A stretch of 64,000 nt of DNA from Patescibacteria group bacterium (lineage in GTDB: Bacteria; Patescibacteriota; WWE3; 0-14-0-20-40-13), in NCBI GenBank assembly GCA_018896215.1, contig JAHINB010000013.1, forward strand, positions 17,946 to 81,945. The letters run 5' to 3'. Below the pieces are notes generated by a model. That model worked only from the letters and a program-made list of their open reading frames with translations, did no database searches and was not told the DNA's origin. How positions within the stretch are numbered: position 1 is the first letter of the stretch; every line of letters starts with the position of its first letter. Positions 28,899 through 38,757 of this stretch are shown here, piece by piece. The translations under genes were made by a program, and so were the position numbers.

Positions 28899-29567
28899 CT
28901 ATTCCGCAGGTGCCTCGCCGTAAATGATTACTTTTGTCCCAGGGTTTTCTGGGGTTGCTCTTGTTCCCCATTCTCCTTCTTTTAGTTCTGGGTTTGCCCA
29001 ATAAAACAATTGCTCTACTTCTTCTGTCTTCATATTAATACACCCATGACTCATAGGATGACCAAAGTTGCTATGCCAATAGGTTCCGTGAATTCCGTAT
29101 CCTCTCTCTTTTGGCACCTCATTATTGTAAAAATACATCGTGTAGGGAACATTCGGTAGATAGTAATAGGTATGCAAGGCCTTGGAGCCACCTGCCATAA
29201 GAGTATATCTAAGCTTAATCCAAATAGTAAATTCCCCAGTTGGGGTCCTTCCCCACTTTCCTGACGAAATTAAAAAATCGTAAACCTTCTCTTCTCCTTC
29301 GTAGGCATAAATCCTTTGATTCGTAAGATCTATTTCTAGTCTTTTATCGGAACTTGTCGCGCCAAGTACAGTTGTGGTGGGTTGGGATGTTGCTAGACGA
29401 GGCGTTGAGACTTTAACCCCATGAAAAACCCCCATTATTTGAGAGGTATCGTACATCCCAGTTAATTTTGTCAAGGAAAGAGGATTTTGCAAGTTTCTAG
29501 TAAGTTTAAAAAACGCCAAGAGGAGAGTAGCAACAATTAATAGAGAAAGTAAAAGTTTAAACCGCAT
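28899..29567 (-). CDS. L,D-transpeptidase (YkuD domain), N-terminal TM anchor
   Basis: Catalytic HGTYWHSNFGHPMSHGCINM (His and SHGC). Confidence 0.7.
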   Translation of the reverse strand: MRFKLLLSLLIVATLLLAFFKLTRNLQNPLSLTKLTGMYDTSQIMGVFHGVKVSTPRLATSQPTTTVLGATSSDKRLEIDLTNQRIYAYEGEEKVYDFLISSGKWGRTPTGEFTIWIKLRYTLMAGGSKALHTYYYLPNVPYTMYFYNNEVPKERGYGIHGTYWHSNFGHPMSHGCINMKTEEVEQLFYWANPELKEGEWGTRATPENPGTKVIIYGEAPAE

Positions 29568-29623
29568 AATGTTTCTATCATGGGTTAAACGAGCAATAAT
29601 TTCAAGAGCTTTTTTGGGGCTTG

Positions 29624-30187
29624 TTATCTCTTGGAGTATTGCGGAGCCTTTCGAGCCTTGCGTAAAAAAACCTTTTTGCTTTCGACTTCTCTGGAATCTC
29701 GGGTTAGTAAACCTGCAACTCGCAATTTTGCCCTAAATTCTTCGTTGTAGACCAGTAATGCCCGAGAAATTCCCAATACTACAGCGTCAATAAATCCAGT
29801 TTTTCCGCCACCTCTAACCTTTATTGACCCCGAAAATTTGGCTGCGGGGTGAGAAACTCCCACAATATGAAAAGGTTTTTGCCACAACAGCTTGTCGGCG
29901 TCTTTAGTAAAAAAATCGCCAATAGGTTTGTCATTAACCGTAATATCGCCTTTTTCATCATACAACCAAACCCTAGCAACGGATCTTTTTCTGCGACCCA
30001 ACCCCATAAATATTTTAGTTTTGCTTTTAGGTTGTTTTACTTCTTCTGTTTTTACAATATCTACCTTATCTACCTTATCGGATTTTGAAGATTTTAGAGG
30101 TTTTTTTGTTTTTTCCACAATCCCTTTATTTACCTTACTGATCTTCTTTTTCTTATTTATCTTATTTACCTTATTTGTTTTTTCCAT
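29624..30187 (-). CDS. rpsI: 30S ribosomal protein S9 with Lys-rich N-terminal extension
   Basis: The C-terminal ~125 aa are S9 (GGGKTGFIDAV...KKVFLRKARKAPQYSKR). The N-terminal ~60 aa are a K/V/N low-complexity region. Confidence 0.85.
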   Translation of the reverse strand: MEKTNKVNKINKKKKISKVNKGIVEKTKKPLKSSKSDKVDKVDIVKTEEVKQPKSKTKIFMGLGRRKRSVARVWLYDEKGDITVNDKPIGDFFTKDADKLLWQKPFHIVGVSHPAAKFSGSIKVRGGGKTGFIDAVVLGISRALLVYNEEFRAKLRVAGLLTRDSREVESKKVFLRKARKAPQYSKR

Positions 30188-30190
30188 AGA

Positions 30191-30625
30191 TTACTGTTTA
30201 ACTATTGCTTTTACCTGCCCTTCGTGCGGGTGCTTATCCCCAGCATAAATATATAAATTAGCCAACCACACTTTTCGCAGATTATTCCGCGGAAGCATTC
30301 CCGCCACCGCCCTTCTTAAAACCTCTCCGGGTCGGCGCTTTTGTAAATTTTTGTAAGTCTCCTCTTTTAGACCACCCATATAACCACTATGCCTAACATA
30401 GATTTTATCCTCTTCTTTGTTCCCGGTTACTTTTATTTTTAAAGCATTAACAACTACAATCTTGTCTCCCACAACCATATTTTTTACAAAATACGCCTTA
30501 TCCTTTCCCATAAGTATTTCTGCAATTTCGCAGGCTAATCTGCCCATAACCTTGTCTTTGGCATCTATTATCTGCCAATTGGTTTTTATGTCCGCTTTTT
30601 TTGTGGCGTAAGTCTTTTTGTTCAT
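30191..30625 (-). CDS. rplM: 50S ribosomal protein L13
   Basis: Full-length match to the L13 pattern (WQIIDAKDKVMGRLA...). Confidence 0.85.
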   Translation of the reverse strand: MNKKTYATKKADIKTNWQIIDAKDKVMGRLACEIAEILMGKDKAYFVKNMVVGDKIVVVNALKIKVTGNKEEDKIYVRHSGYMGGLKEETYKNLQKRRPGEVLRRAVAGMLPRNNLRKVWLANLYIYAGDKHPHEGQVKAIVKQ

Positions 30626-31074
30626 TTGGCTTTGGTTTTAACTTTCTTGGATTTTGTACTTGTCTTTTTTGCCTCTATATCTCCCTTATTCTCCACCGGT
30701 TTTACTTTAGGCAACTGTATAGTAAAACTAATTTTTGCCAGCTCTGCGGCATCTCCCGCTCTTATTCTGGTTCTTTTTATGCTTAAAAAACCGCTTGTTT
30801 TATCTTTAAACAACGGAGTAATTTCGTTAAAGAGCTTTTTTGCCGCCTTGGTATTATTCCCCAGTTTTGCAATTATATATCTGTAAGAGGCAAGGTTGTT
30901 TTTCTTTGCCATTGACACTAGTCTTTCGAGCAATGGTCGCACGCTCTTAGCCTTGGCAACGGTAGTTTCTATGCTACCTTTGTCAATTAGACTTATCATT
31001 AAGTCGCGGTGCAAAGCCTTTCTTGCCCCACCCGACCTTCCTAGTTTTTTAACCTTTTTAACTTGGTGCTTCAT
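30622..31074 (-). CDS. rplQ: 50S ribosomal protein L17 (Lys-rich C-terminal tail)
   Basis: LGRSGGARKALHRDLMISL..., the L17 core. Confidence 0.8.
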   Translation of the reverse strand: MKHQVKKVKKLGRSGGARKALHRDLMISLIDKGSIETTVAKAKSVRPLLERLVSMAKKNNLASYRYIIAKLGNNTKAAKKLFNEITPLFKDKTSGFLSIKRTRIRAGDAAELAKISFTIQLPKVKPVENKGDIEAKKTSTKSKKVKTKAK

Positions 31075-31083
31075 GGTACTTAC

Positions 31084-32013
31084 TTAGTCCTTTAACCCTT
31101 CCTTTTTAAGAAGTTTGGCTATTTCCTTAATGGATTTTTCTCCCAAATTTCTCACCTTTAGCAAATCTTCGTCGGTTAGTTTTCCTAAATCTTCCAAGGT
31201 CTTTACCTTTGCTTTCTTTAACGCGTTTATAGTGCGAGTTGGAAGCCTTAGCTCATCAACCAAAACATCACTCGGCTTGTATGATGGCGTAATTGTCTTA
31301 CCAGCATCCACAATAACTTCGTCTTTAAGAGACTGTTCTCCAGTTGCAACCCGCATAAAGAATTTTTGTAAAATGTCAGAAGCTTGCATTAAAGCCGTTT
31401 TTGGAGAAATTGTGCGATCTGTTTTTATGTCAATGGTTAGTCTATCTAATCCTGTTTTTTGCCCCATACGAGTTGGGGAAACAGAAAAGGCCACATTGGT
31501 AATAGGAGAAAAGATCGCGTCTAAAAGAATCACCCCAACCCGATTAGTCTTTTGCTCTTCCGACGGCACATAACCAAAACCCGACTCCACCAAAAGAGAC
31601 GCTTTAAACTTGGCATTTTTATCCGCAAGTGTTGCAATAACCAAATCGGGATTTGCTATAACAACTCCAGCGGGTAGCTTAATATCCGAAACTTTAACAA
31701 CCTTTGGTCCCGTCTCGTCTATTTCACAAACCGCAGATTCTTTGCCCGAAACTGCAATTTCTATCTTTTTAAAGTTAAGAGTAAGCTCGATTAAATCTTC
31801 TTTTACACCCTTTAGGTAGGAGAATTGATGAGACGCGCCGACAATTTCCGCTTGGGTAACCGCCCATCCTGGAAGAGAAGAGAGTAGCACCCTTCTTAAG
31901 GCATTTCCTAAAGTGTGACCGTACCCACTAGGCAAGGGCTCTATAGCGTAACTTCCCTTGTATTCGTTTTCTTGCAGGGTAATAATTTTTACATCTTCGG
32001 GTTCAAGTCTCAT
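31084..32013 (-). CDS. rpoA: DNA-directed RNA polymerase subunit alpha
   Basis: 309 aa with NTD dimerisation motifs and a CTD HhH (RTINALKKAKVKTLEDL). Confidence 0.9.
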   Translation of the reverse strand: MRLEPEDVKIITLQENEYKGSYAIEPLPSGYGHTLGNALRRVLLSSLPGWAVTQAEIVGASHQFSYLKGVKEDLIELTLNFKKIEIAVSGKESAVCEIDETGPKVVKVSDIKLPAGVVIANPDLVIATLADKNAKFKASLLVESGFGYVPSEEQKTNRVGVILLDAIFSPITNVAFSVSPTRMGQKTGLDRLTIDIKTDRTISPKTALMQASDILQKFFMRVATGEQSLKDEVIVDAGKTITPSYKPSDVLVDELRLPTRTINALKKAKVKTLEDLGKLTDEDLLKVRNLGEKSIKEIAKLLKKEGLKD

Positions 32014-32069
32014 AATAAAAGCTATAAAGCTAAGGGTTGGGGATATTAAAAAATATCAACCCCTTAGAT

Positions 32070-32666
32070 TTACCTGCTATAAAACTCCACAATTAATTGT
32101 TCATTAATATCTTCTTTAATATCTTCTCTTTTGGGAACACCCAAGACCGTTATTTTGTTGGCAGATACTTTAACCCAAACCGCAGGTTCCTTATCGGAGT
32201 TTAAATTAAATTTCCAACCAGAGGGCGTTATCACATCTTTAGCGCAAACAGCAATTGACGGAATATTGACCTTTTTTCCATTAAGCAAAAAACGGCCTTC
32301 GGTAATTAGTTTTCTGGCTTGCGCTCGCGAGACAGCAACTCCAGAACGATAGATTGCATTATCCAATCGCCGTTCCAGTGTTTCTAAAAGATATTCTCCC
32401 GTAACCCCAACCTTTTTAGAAGCTGCTGTGTAATATCTTCTAAATTGGCGTTCTAAAATTCCATAGATCCTTTTTGTTTTTTGCTTTTCTCTAAGCTGGA
32501 TACCATATTCACTGGGCTTTCGCCTATATGCCATTCCATGAACCCCTGGAGCGCTAACCCTGCGGGTTAAGCCGCACTTTTCGGATTCACAACGGACACC
32601 TTTTAAAAAAAGTTTGCTTCCTTCTCTTCTACACAATCTGCATTTGGGACCGGTATATCTTGCCAT
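32070..32666 (-). CDS. rpsD: 30S ribosomal protein S4
   Basis: MARYTGPKCRLCRREG zinc-ribbon-like N-terminus followed by an S4 domain. Confidence 0.9.
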   Translation of the reverse strand: MARYTGPKCRLCRREGSKLFLKGVRCESEKCGLTRRVSAPGVHGMAYRRKPSEYGIQLREKQKTKRIYGILERQFRRYYTAASKKVGVTGEYLLETLERRLDNAIYRSGVAVSRAQARKLITEGRFLLNGKKVNIPSIAVCAKDVITPSGWKFNLNSDKEPAVWVKVSANKITVLGVPKREDIKEDINEQLIVEFYSR

Positions 32667-32678
32667 AAATTTATCTAG

Positions 32679-33047
32679 TTAAACTCTTCGGCGCTTTCTA
32701 GGTCTGCATCCATTATGAGGAATGGGAGTCATATCAGAAATTGAACTTACATTAATACCTGCGCTTCTAATAGATTTTATAGCGGAAATTCTACCCATTC
32801 CGGGACCTTTTACGGTTATAGCAACGCTTCTAACCCCCATATCGTAAGCCTTTTTACCTATATCAAAACCAACAACACCCGCTGCGTAGGGTGTGGATTT
32901 TCGAGCCCCTTTAAATTTGGATGTGCCGCCGGATCCCCAACAAATAACATTACCTTCGAGGCTAGAAACGGTAATTATGACATTATTGAATCCCGCAAAA
33001 ATACTAACCCGAGCTTTTTCCGAAATTACTTTTTTTGATTCTGCCAT
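32679..33047 (-). CDS. rpsK: 30S ribosomal protein S11
   Basis: S11 core (GSGGTSKFKGARKSTPYAAG). Confidence 0.9.
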   Translation of the reverse strand: MAESKKVISEKARVSIFAGFNNVIITVSSLEGNVICWGSGGTSKFKGARKSTPYAAGVVGFDIGKKAYDMGVRSVAITVKGPGMGRISAIKSIRSAGINVSSISDMTPIPHNGCRPRKRRRV

Positions 33048-33433
33048 TATGTTTTGGTGAGAACTTTTTTCATGCCTCCAATAGTCTGCCTTTTTCCTCG
33101 TTTAGTTCTGGCGTTGGTTTTTGTACGCTGACCTCGCGCTGGGAGCTTTTTAAAATGCCTAATTCCTCTGTAACACTTAATGTCTGTTAATCTTTTTATA
33201 TTAGAGTAGACCACTCTCTTAAGCTCCCCTTCGAGCATAATCTTCATTCTTTCTATAGTGTCCCTAAGTCGCACAGTCTCATCTTCGGTTAAAGCGCTGA
33301 CCCGAGTATCGGGATTAATCTTTGCCATTTCGAGAATTTTTTTAGCTCGGGAGGCTCCCACACCATAAATATACGGCAACGCCGCTTCGATTCTTTTTTT
33401 ATTTGGAAGTTCTATTCCTACAATTCTCGCCAT
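33047..33433 (-). CDS. rpsM: 30S ribosomal protein S13
   Basis: MARIVGIELPNKKRIEAALPYIYGVG. Confidence 0.9.
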   Translation of the reverse strand: MARIVGIELPNKKRIEAALPYIYGVGASRAKKILEMAKINPDTRVSALTEDETVRLRDTIERMKIMLEGELKRVVYSNIKRLTDIKCYRGIRHFKKLPARGQRTKTNARTKRGKRQTIGGMKKVLTKT

Positions 33434-33435
33434 AA

Positions 33436-33552
33436 TTATCCCTGCCTTTGCTTATGCTTGGGATTTGCCTTGCAAATAACCCGCAAAACATTCTCCCTTT
33501 TAATAATTTTGCACTTATTGCAAATTTTTTTGATTGATGATCTAACTTTCAT
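33436..33552 (-). CDS. rpmJ: 50S ribosomal protein L36
   Basis: 38-aa ORF below the ORF-track threshold: [38 protein letters not shown] (C..C..C..H zinc ribbon), in the expected infA-rpmJ-rpsM position. Confidence 0.75.
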   Translation of the reverse strand: MKVRSSIKKICNKCKIIKRENVLRVICKANPKHKQRQG

Positions 33553-33617
33553 AACAAGATTCAAGAAAAAATACTAAAATATTTCGCGAAGCGAAAGCGT
33601 TACAAGCTTCGCTTATA
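33553..33617. repeat. E-family structured intercistronic repeat (infA-rpmJ spacer)
   Basis: AACAAGATTCAAGAAAAAATACTAAAATATTTCGCG-AAGCGAAA-GCGTTACAAGCTTCGCTTATATC. Near-identical to the rplF-rplR spacer copy. Confidence 0.65.
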
Positions 33618-33839
33618 TCATTTGATCCTAAAGACTATCCTCCCCTTGGTAGTATCGTATTTAGTCATTTCTACCCTAACCGTATCACCAGGTAAAATCC
33701 TAATATGATGCAGTCGCATCTTTCCCGAGACATGCGCCAAAATTGGCAACTCGTCCGTTTCAAATTTTACCTTAAACATGGTATTAGGTAGGGATTCCAA
33801 AACCACGCCTTCTCGAACTTCTATATCCTCTTTTTGCAT
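33618..33839 (-). CDS. infA: translation initiation factor IF-1
   Basis: S1-like OB fold ([28 protein letters not shown]). Start at the internal Met (MQKEDIEV). Confidence 0.85.
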   Translation of the reverse strand: MQKEDIEVREGVVLESLPNTMFKVKFETDELPILAHVSGKMRLHHIRILPGDTVRVEMTKYDTTKGRIVFRIK

Positions 33840-33888
33840 AAATAAATACAACCCCATAAAGGGCTCTGGGTATTAAAACAAAAAAAAC

Positions 33889-34668
33889 CTATCTAGTCAA
33901 TATCCTATAACCGTTCTCCGTTACTGCAACCATATCCTCTAACATTGCTGACAACTTACCGTCCTTTGTTTTAACTGTCCAGCCGTCACGAGAAACGGCA
34001 AGCTCTGGAGAGCCTGCTACATACATTACTTCTACACACAAAACCATTCCGCAAACAAGCGATACTCCAGAACTACATCTGCCAAAGCAAGGAATTTGTG
34101 GGTCTTCATGAAGCTCTTTTCCAATAGCGTGACCAGTAAGATCGCGAATAACATTATAGCCTGCTCTTTCGATAGTATTTTGGATTGTACAAGAAATATC
34201 TCCTACAAAATTTCCGGGTACAATAGCATTTATTGCTCTATCTAAAGCCAGCTGACCTATCTGCAAAAACTTTTTAGTTGCGGGATTTGGTTCCTGCCCT
34301 ACTACAATAGTCCGACACATGTCCGATTTCCAACCGCCAAATAAGGCGCCCATATCTAAAGATAATAGATCGCCTTTTTTAACCTTTCTTCCGCCCGGCA
34401 TTCCATGAACAACTTCATCGTTGATGCTAATGCAGGTAGAAAACTTGTAACCACCTTCACCAAGGAACGATGATTTGGCATGAAGCGATTTAAGTTGCGA
34501 AGAAACAAACTTGTCAATATTGGCTGTTTTAAGACCAGGGTGAATCCAACCTAAGGTTCTTTCCATCACCTTCTTGGCAATTTGGGCAGTAAGATAGATT
34601 TCTTCGATTTCTTGAGGGGTTTTAATGATTACCATAAGATTTAATTTTGTCGGATATTTGACGGGCAA
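33889..34668 (-). CDS. map: methionine aminopeptidase type I
   Basis: Metal-binding D/H/E pattern of pita-bread fold (HGMPG, DMGALFGGWKSDMCRT, HEDP). Confidence 0.85.
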   Translation of the reverse strand: MPVKYPTKLNLMVIIKTPQEIEEIYLTAQIAKKVMERTLGWIHPGLKTANIDKFVSSQLKSLHAKSSFLGEGGYKFSTCISINDEVVHGMPGGRKVKKGDLLSLDMGALFGGWKSDMCRTIVVGQEPNPATKKFLQIGQLALDRAINAIVPGNFVGDISCTIQNTIERAGYNVIRDLTGHAIGKELHEDPQIPCFGRCSSGVSLVCGMVLCVEVMYVAGSPELAVSRDGWTVKTKDGKLSAMLEDMVAVTENGYRILTR

Positions 34669-35161
34669 TTTCTTCTACGCTGGGACTTCCATCAACCTCA
34701 AGTAATTTGTTTTGCTTTCTAAAAAAATCCAACACTGGTTCGGTTAGTTGGTGATAAACCAAAAGCCGTTCTTTGATGATCTCCGGCGTGTCGTCACCTC
34801 GTCCCCGTTCGTTTAACCTTTTGATGCATTCTTCGTCGGTTAATTTGATATAAATAGCAAGATCAATGGGAGTTGAGGAATGTTCGGCTTGATACAAATC
34901 TCTTGGGGCGCCGTCCAAGGCAAAACCTTTGTCTTTTAGCTTAGAAAGATGTAAATCTATAATCTCAACCGCATCTTGATTATTTACTAAATGACCCCGA
35001 TCCATGGCGGTTTCGACTCGCGCACCAAGCGGGGTGTTATCTTGCTTTAGTTTTCTAAAAATATCACCAGTAGAAAGGTGCAAAACTCCAAGACTTTTGG
35101 CTAAAATCTCGGCTTGAGTAGACTTACCACTCCCCGGCATTCCCATAATAACTATATTCAT
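34622..35161 (-). CDS. adk: adenylate kinase (short form)
   Basis: P-loop GMPGSGKSTQAE and an NMP-binding region. 179 aa. Confidence 0.8.
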   Translation of the reverse strand: MNIVIMGMPGSGKSTQAEILAKSLGVLHLSTGDIFRKLKQDNTPLGARVETAMDRGHLVNNQDAVEIIDLHLSKLKDKGFALDGAPRDLYQAEHSSTPIDLAIYIKLTDEECIKRLNERGRGDDTPEIIKERLLVYHQLTEPVLDFFRKQNKLLEVDGSPSVEEIARQISDKIKSYGNH

Positions 35162-35220
35162 GAGTTGATTTTACCTCACAAACCGCTATTTACGAAACGG
35201 TATTTGCGCACCTATCAATT

Positions 35221-35249
35221 CGGGTACTACCCGAATCGGGTAGTACCCG
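35221..35249. repeat. perfect 29-nt palindrome
   Basis: CGGGTACTACCCGA-A-TCGGGTAGTACCCG, within the GC-rich insert between adk and the ybaB-like gene. Confidence 0.6.
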
Positions 35250-35454
35250 ATAATATCTTGCCACTAAAGGGTTCTTTTGAATACAGTGTTTCGTGTTGTT
35301 ATAGCAAGGAAAATTTACTATCAATTGCAACTGGATGCAGATGGAGTGGGGCACCTCTTAAACAACAAAAAGAAAAAGAAAAGGCGCTGGAGTCTCTCAT
35401 GATACATCAAGAGAAAATACCCCCAGCACCTTCCGCAACTTCCCCCCCACCGCA

Positions 35455-35818
35455 TCACTTGTTGGCATCGATACAATCGGAGAGGCTCTGCAAGAATGCC
35501 TTGGCGGATACATCGCCATATGGAAAACCCACGACATCGTATACGATGCGATGCCCCCCCCCCGATTTCAGCACGAAACACGGTACGCCACTCGTTAAGA
35601 CTCCCCATTCCTACCCGCAGAAAGATCACTCTGCGCCGTTTATCTTGTACAGCATGAGAGTAAGCTTCCACAGCCAAATGCAAGTGTCTGGGGTACAACA
35701 TAACGAGAACGATGTCGGCAGGTTCACCAATCTCATAATCATGAGCAAGGAGCAATTGCTCAATGATCCTGCGACCCTCGGGAACAAAGTCCTCGAACAG
35801 AAACAGTTTCTGCTTCAT
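35455..35818 (-). pseudogene. small GC-rich gene with strong Shine-Dalgarno, interrupted at a C10/G10 homopolymer (frameshift or phase-variable tract)
   Basis: AAAGGAGGAATCC then ATG at 35816-35818 (minus) opens a clean 85-codon frame (MKQKLFLFEDFVPEGRRIIEQLLLAHDYEIGEPADIVLVMLYPRHLHLAVEAY...RAEIGGG). It reaches ten consecutive C (35554-35563). The actual frame continues as R/C-rich low-plausibility sequence, whereas the -1 frame reads HRIVYDVVGFPYGDVSAKAFLQSLSDCIDANK then a stop. Confidence 0.4.
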
Positions 35819-35899
35819 GGATTCCTCCTTTGTGAGATTCCTCACTGATTTGTAGAGATTCGAGGGGGTAAGTGAGGTTATTATAACACAAAAAGCGAT

Positions 35900-36166
35900 T
35901 TAAAACCCAAAATCTCCCATTTGACCTTGCATTTTGTGGGCGACCTTTTTTTGGGCTTCTTTAACCGCTTTATTAAAAGCCTCCTTGAGACGCACATCCA
36001 ACTCGCCATCTACCCAAACCTCTTGCACATGATTATCTCCCTGCATCACGACTTTGATTCCTTTCTCCTCCACCTCAACAACAATCGCTTCCATTTGCTT
36101 CTTCATCTCATCAGCCTTCTTTTTCATCTCATAAAGTTTTTTTACATTGCCAAATGGTAGTGCCAT
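35900..36166 (-). CDS. YbaB/EbfC-family nucleoid-associated protein
   Basis: 88 aa, KE-rich helical protein with a C-terminal MQGQMGDFGF tail. Confidence 0.6.
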   Translation of the reverse strand: MALPFGNVKKLYEMKKKADEMKKQMEAIVVEVEEKGIKVVMQGDNHVQEVWVDGELDVRLKEAFNKAVKEAQKKVAHKMQGQMGDFGF

Positions 36167-36187
36167 GTTTTAATAATTAAAAACTCA

Positions 36188-37474
36188 CTAAATAATCTTA
36201 GCATCGTAATCGCGCATGATAAGTTGCGATTGGAGTGATTTTACCGTTTCTAATACCACAGATACAACAATTAAAATTCCTGCCCCCCCAACGGTAAGAG
36301 TGGCAATACCCGTGATGCTTTGAGCTACATTCGGCAGTACCGCAACTAACCCTAAAAACAATGCCCCAACCAAAGTGATTCTGGTTACCACCCGATTTAG
36401 ATAATCGGATGTTGGCTTTCCGGGCCTAATTCCTGGGATAAACCCACCCTGTTTTTTTAAGTTGTCTGCCACATCTTCGGGGTTAAAAGCTACCGCAGTG
36501 TAAAAATAGGTAAACGCAAAAACCAAAATAAAATAAAAAGCATTATATATCCAGCCCCCCATTTTAAAATAAACCGTAAGCACTCTGCCGATTTCCGCCA
36601 ATTGCGGACTCTTTGCCGAAACGAGAACATTGCCAAGAAAAGAAGGCAGTAACACTAAAGAGACCGCAAAGATGATGGGAATCATTCCCGCCATATTAAC
36701 TCGCAAAGGCAAAAAATTACTCCCCCCGCCATAAATTCGTCCCCCGCGCAACCTTTTGGCATATTGAACTTGAACATTTCGCGTCGCCTCATTGACAAAA
36801 ACCACGGCAGCAACAACGCCGATTGCCAAAGTAAAAATAATCGCAATATTTGTTATACCTTGTGAGCTTACTGTGGCAAGAGTTTGCCCAAAGGATCGCG
36901 GAAGCTTGGCCACAATTCCCGAGAAAATTATGATCGAAATGCCATTGCCAATCCCATATTCCGAAATTAATTCTCCCAACCACATTAAAAGGACACTCCC
37001 CCCTGTCATGGCAACAACCAAACGCAAAACATCGGCAGGTGACAAATTTCCAATAATCCCCTGTTTAGAAAGCAAAATAAACATTCCGTAAGATTGCATA
37101 GCGCACATGGGAATAGCAATAATTCTGGTGTACTGATTTATTTTTATTCTGCCAAATTCGCCCTCTTTGCTCATTTCTTCCAATTTTGGAAAAACCTTAG
37201 TAAAAAGTTGCATAATAATAGAGGCGTTAATATAGGGACCAAGACCTAAAGTAACCAACGAAAAGTTTTCCATACCACCACCAGTAAAGACATTTAAAAA
37301 GCCTAAAATTTGGCTAGAATTAAATAAATTTTGCAAGGCGGTAATATTTGCCCCCGGAATTGGAATATGAGCTAAAAAACGAAATACAAAAAGAATTCCA
37401 AAAGTAAAAAGGATTTTTCTTTTAAGATCTTTTTCACTAAATAAATCGCTAAATATCTTTAAGACCGAATTCAT
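36188..37474 (-). CDS. secY: preprotein translocase subunit SecY
   Basis: 428 aa with 10 TM helices and conserved SecY plug/hinge motifs. Confidence 0.95.
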   Translation of the reverse strand: MNSVLKIFSDLFSEKDLKRKILFTFGILFVFRFLAHIPIPGANITALQNLFNSSQILGFLNVFTGGGMENFSLVTLGLGPYINASIIMQLFTKVFPKLEEMSKEGEFGRIKINQYTRIIAIPMCAMQSYGMFILLSKQGIIGNLSPADVLRLVVAMTGGSVLLMWLGELISEYGIGNGISIIIFSGIVAKLPRSFGQTLATVSSQGITNIAIIFTLAIGVVAAVVFVNEATRNVQVQYAKRLRGGRIYGGGSNFLPLRVNMAGMIPIIFAVSLVLLPSFLGNVLVSAKSPQLAEIGRVLTVYFKMGGWIYNAFYFILVFAFTYFYTAVAFNPEDVADNLKKQGGFIPGIRPGKPTSDYLNRVVTRITLVGALFLGLVAVLPNVAQSITGIATLTVGGAGILIVVSVVLETVKSLQSQLIMRDYDAKII

Positions 37475-37917
37475 GTGGCAGTTCCTCCAGCTTTAGTAAT
37501 TTTAGCAAGTGCCGATTTAGAATACAAAAACCCCCTAAAGTTAAGCTTTTCGGAAAATTCCCCATCTCCTAAAATCTTGGGCTTAAAGTATTTATTAGCC
37601 CGAATAACACTTTTTTTTACCAGCGTACTGGGAGTTATGGTTTCTCCCGCCTTAAAGCCTTTTAAACTTTTGAGATTTATTGTGGTAACTTTTTTAGATA
37701 CCGGAGAGTTGCCTTTTCCTCTTTTTTGGGGCATGCGCTTAATAATTGCTATTTGCCCACCTTCGAAAAAAGACGGGATATTATGCCCCGATCTTGCCTT
37801 TTGTCCTTTGTTTCCCCGTCCCGATGTATGTCCCCCCTTTCCTGAACCAATTCCCCTCCCCACCCTTTTAGCACTTCTCCTGCTACCTTTTAATTTTGGT
37901 AAGTTGCTTAAATTCAT
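37471..37917 (-). CDS. rplO: 50S ribosomal protein L15
   Basis: Gly/Arg-rich N-terminus RGIGSGKGGHTSGRGNKGQKARSG. Directly follows rpsE with no rpmD (L30) gene between them. Confidence 0.85.
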   Translation of the reverse strand: MNLSNLPKLKGSRRSAKRVGRGIGSGKGGHTSGRGNKGQKARSGHNIPSFFEGGQIAIIKRMPQKRGKGNSPVSKKVTTINLKSLKGFKAGETITPSTLVKKSVIRANKYFKPKILGDGEFSEKLNFRGFLYSKSALAKITKAGGTAT

Positions 37918-38405
37918 ACTCTTTGTGATTTAAGGCTTTTTAAAGCCTTAATAACGGCATAAACATTGTTTAACTTGTTGTTTGAGCCAAGCATTTTTGA
38001 CGAAACATTTTTAATACCCGCAACCTCCAACACTTTGCGTACAGCTCCCCCAGCAATAATTCCCGCGCCGTCTGGAGCCGGCTTAATAAATACCTGACAG
38101 GCGCTGTATTTTGCCCAAACTTCATGAGGAATTGTTCCTTGACGAACCGGCACTGTAAACATTTTTCTTCTAGCACCACTGGTAGCTTTGGCAATAGCAG
38201 ACGCGGTATCACCCGCTTTTCCCAAAGAAATCCCAATTGATCCTTCTTTGTTCCCTACAACTGCTAAAACCGAAAAGGCAATTTTATTACCACCCTTGGT
38301 TTTTTTAGCTACCCTTTTTATTTCGATAATTTTTTCTTCAAAACTGTCCTTTGGGGTTCTTGCGCCATAAGCGTTTTTTCTTGTTCTTTCGTTTTGTTTT
38401 TGCAT
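37914..38405 (-). CDS. rpsE: 30S ribosomal protein S5
   Basis: S5 dsRBD-like core. Confidence 0.9.
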   Translation of the reverse strand: MQKQNERTRKNAYGARTPKDSFEEKIIEIKRVAKKTKGGNKIAFSVLAVVGNKEGSIGISLGKAGDTASAIAKATSGARRKMFTVPVRQGTIPHEVWAKYSACQVFIKPAPDGAGIIAGGAVRKVLEVAGIKNVSSKMLGSNNKLNNVYAVIKALKSLKSQRV

Positions 38406-38409
38406 AATA

Positions 38410-38757
38410 CTAGAAAACTAATTTATTTTCCCTCGCCCCTTCGGCAACCGCTTTTACTCTACCATGATACTTATAACCCGAACGATCAAAAACCACTTTC
38501 TTAATCTTGGCATCAAGCGCTTTTTTTGCTACAGCTTTACCTACTTCGTAAGCCCTTTTGGTCTTTTTAGTTTTTGCATCCATCTTTAGATCGGAGCTTG
38601 CAACCAAAGTTACACCTTTTTCATCGTTTACTATTTGAGCATAAATATGCTTATGGGACCTAAAAACGCTTAGTCTAGGTCGTTCTTTGGTTCCTACTAC
38701 TTTTGCTCTAATTTTAGCTTTTATCCTCTCGCGAGGGCTTTTGTGTGTCACTTTCAT
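38410..38757 (-). CDS. rplR: 50S ribosomal protein L18
   Basis: [21 protein letters not shown]. Confidence 0.85.
   Translation of the reverse strand: MKVTHKSPRERIKAKIRAKVVGTKERPRLSVFRSHKHIYAQIVNDEKGVTLVASSDLKMDAKTKKTKRAYEVGKAVAKKALDAKIKKVVFDRSGYKYHGRVKAVAEGARENKLVF

Noticed and set aside
35114-35848. 244-aa plus-strand ORF across the adk/ybaB spacer
   Set aside because: Composition looks non-coding (Pro/Ser/His-rich, no motifs). The minus strand has an SD-ATG gene with a plausible product interrupted by a homopolymer, which explains the region better.
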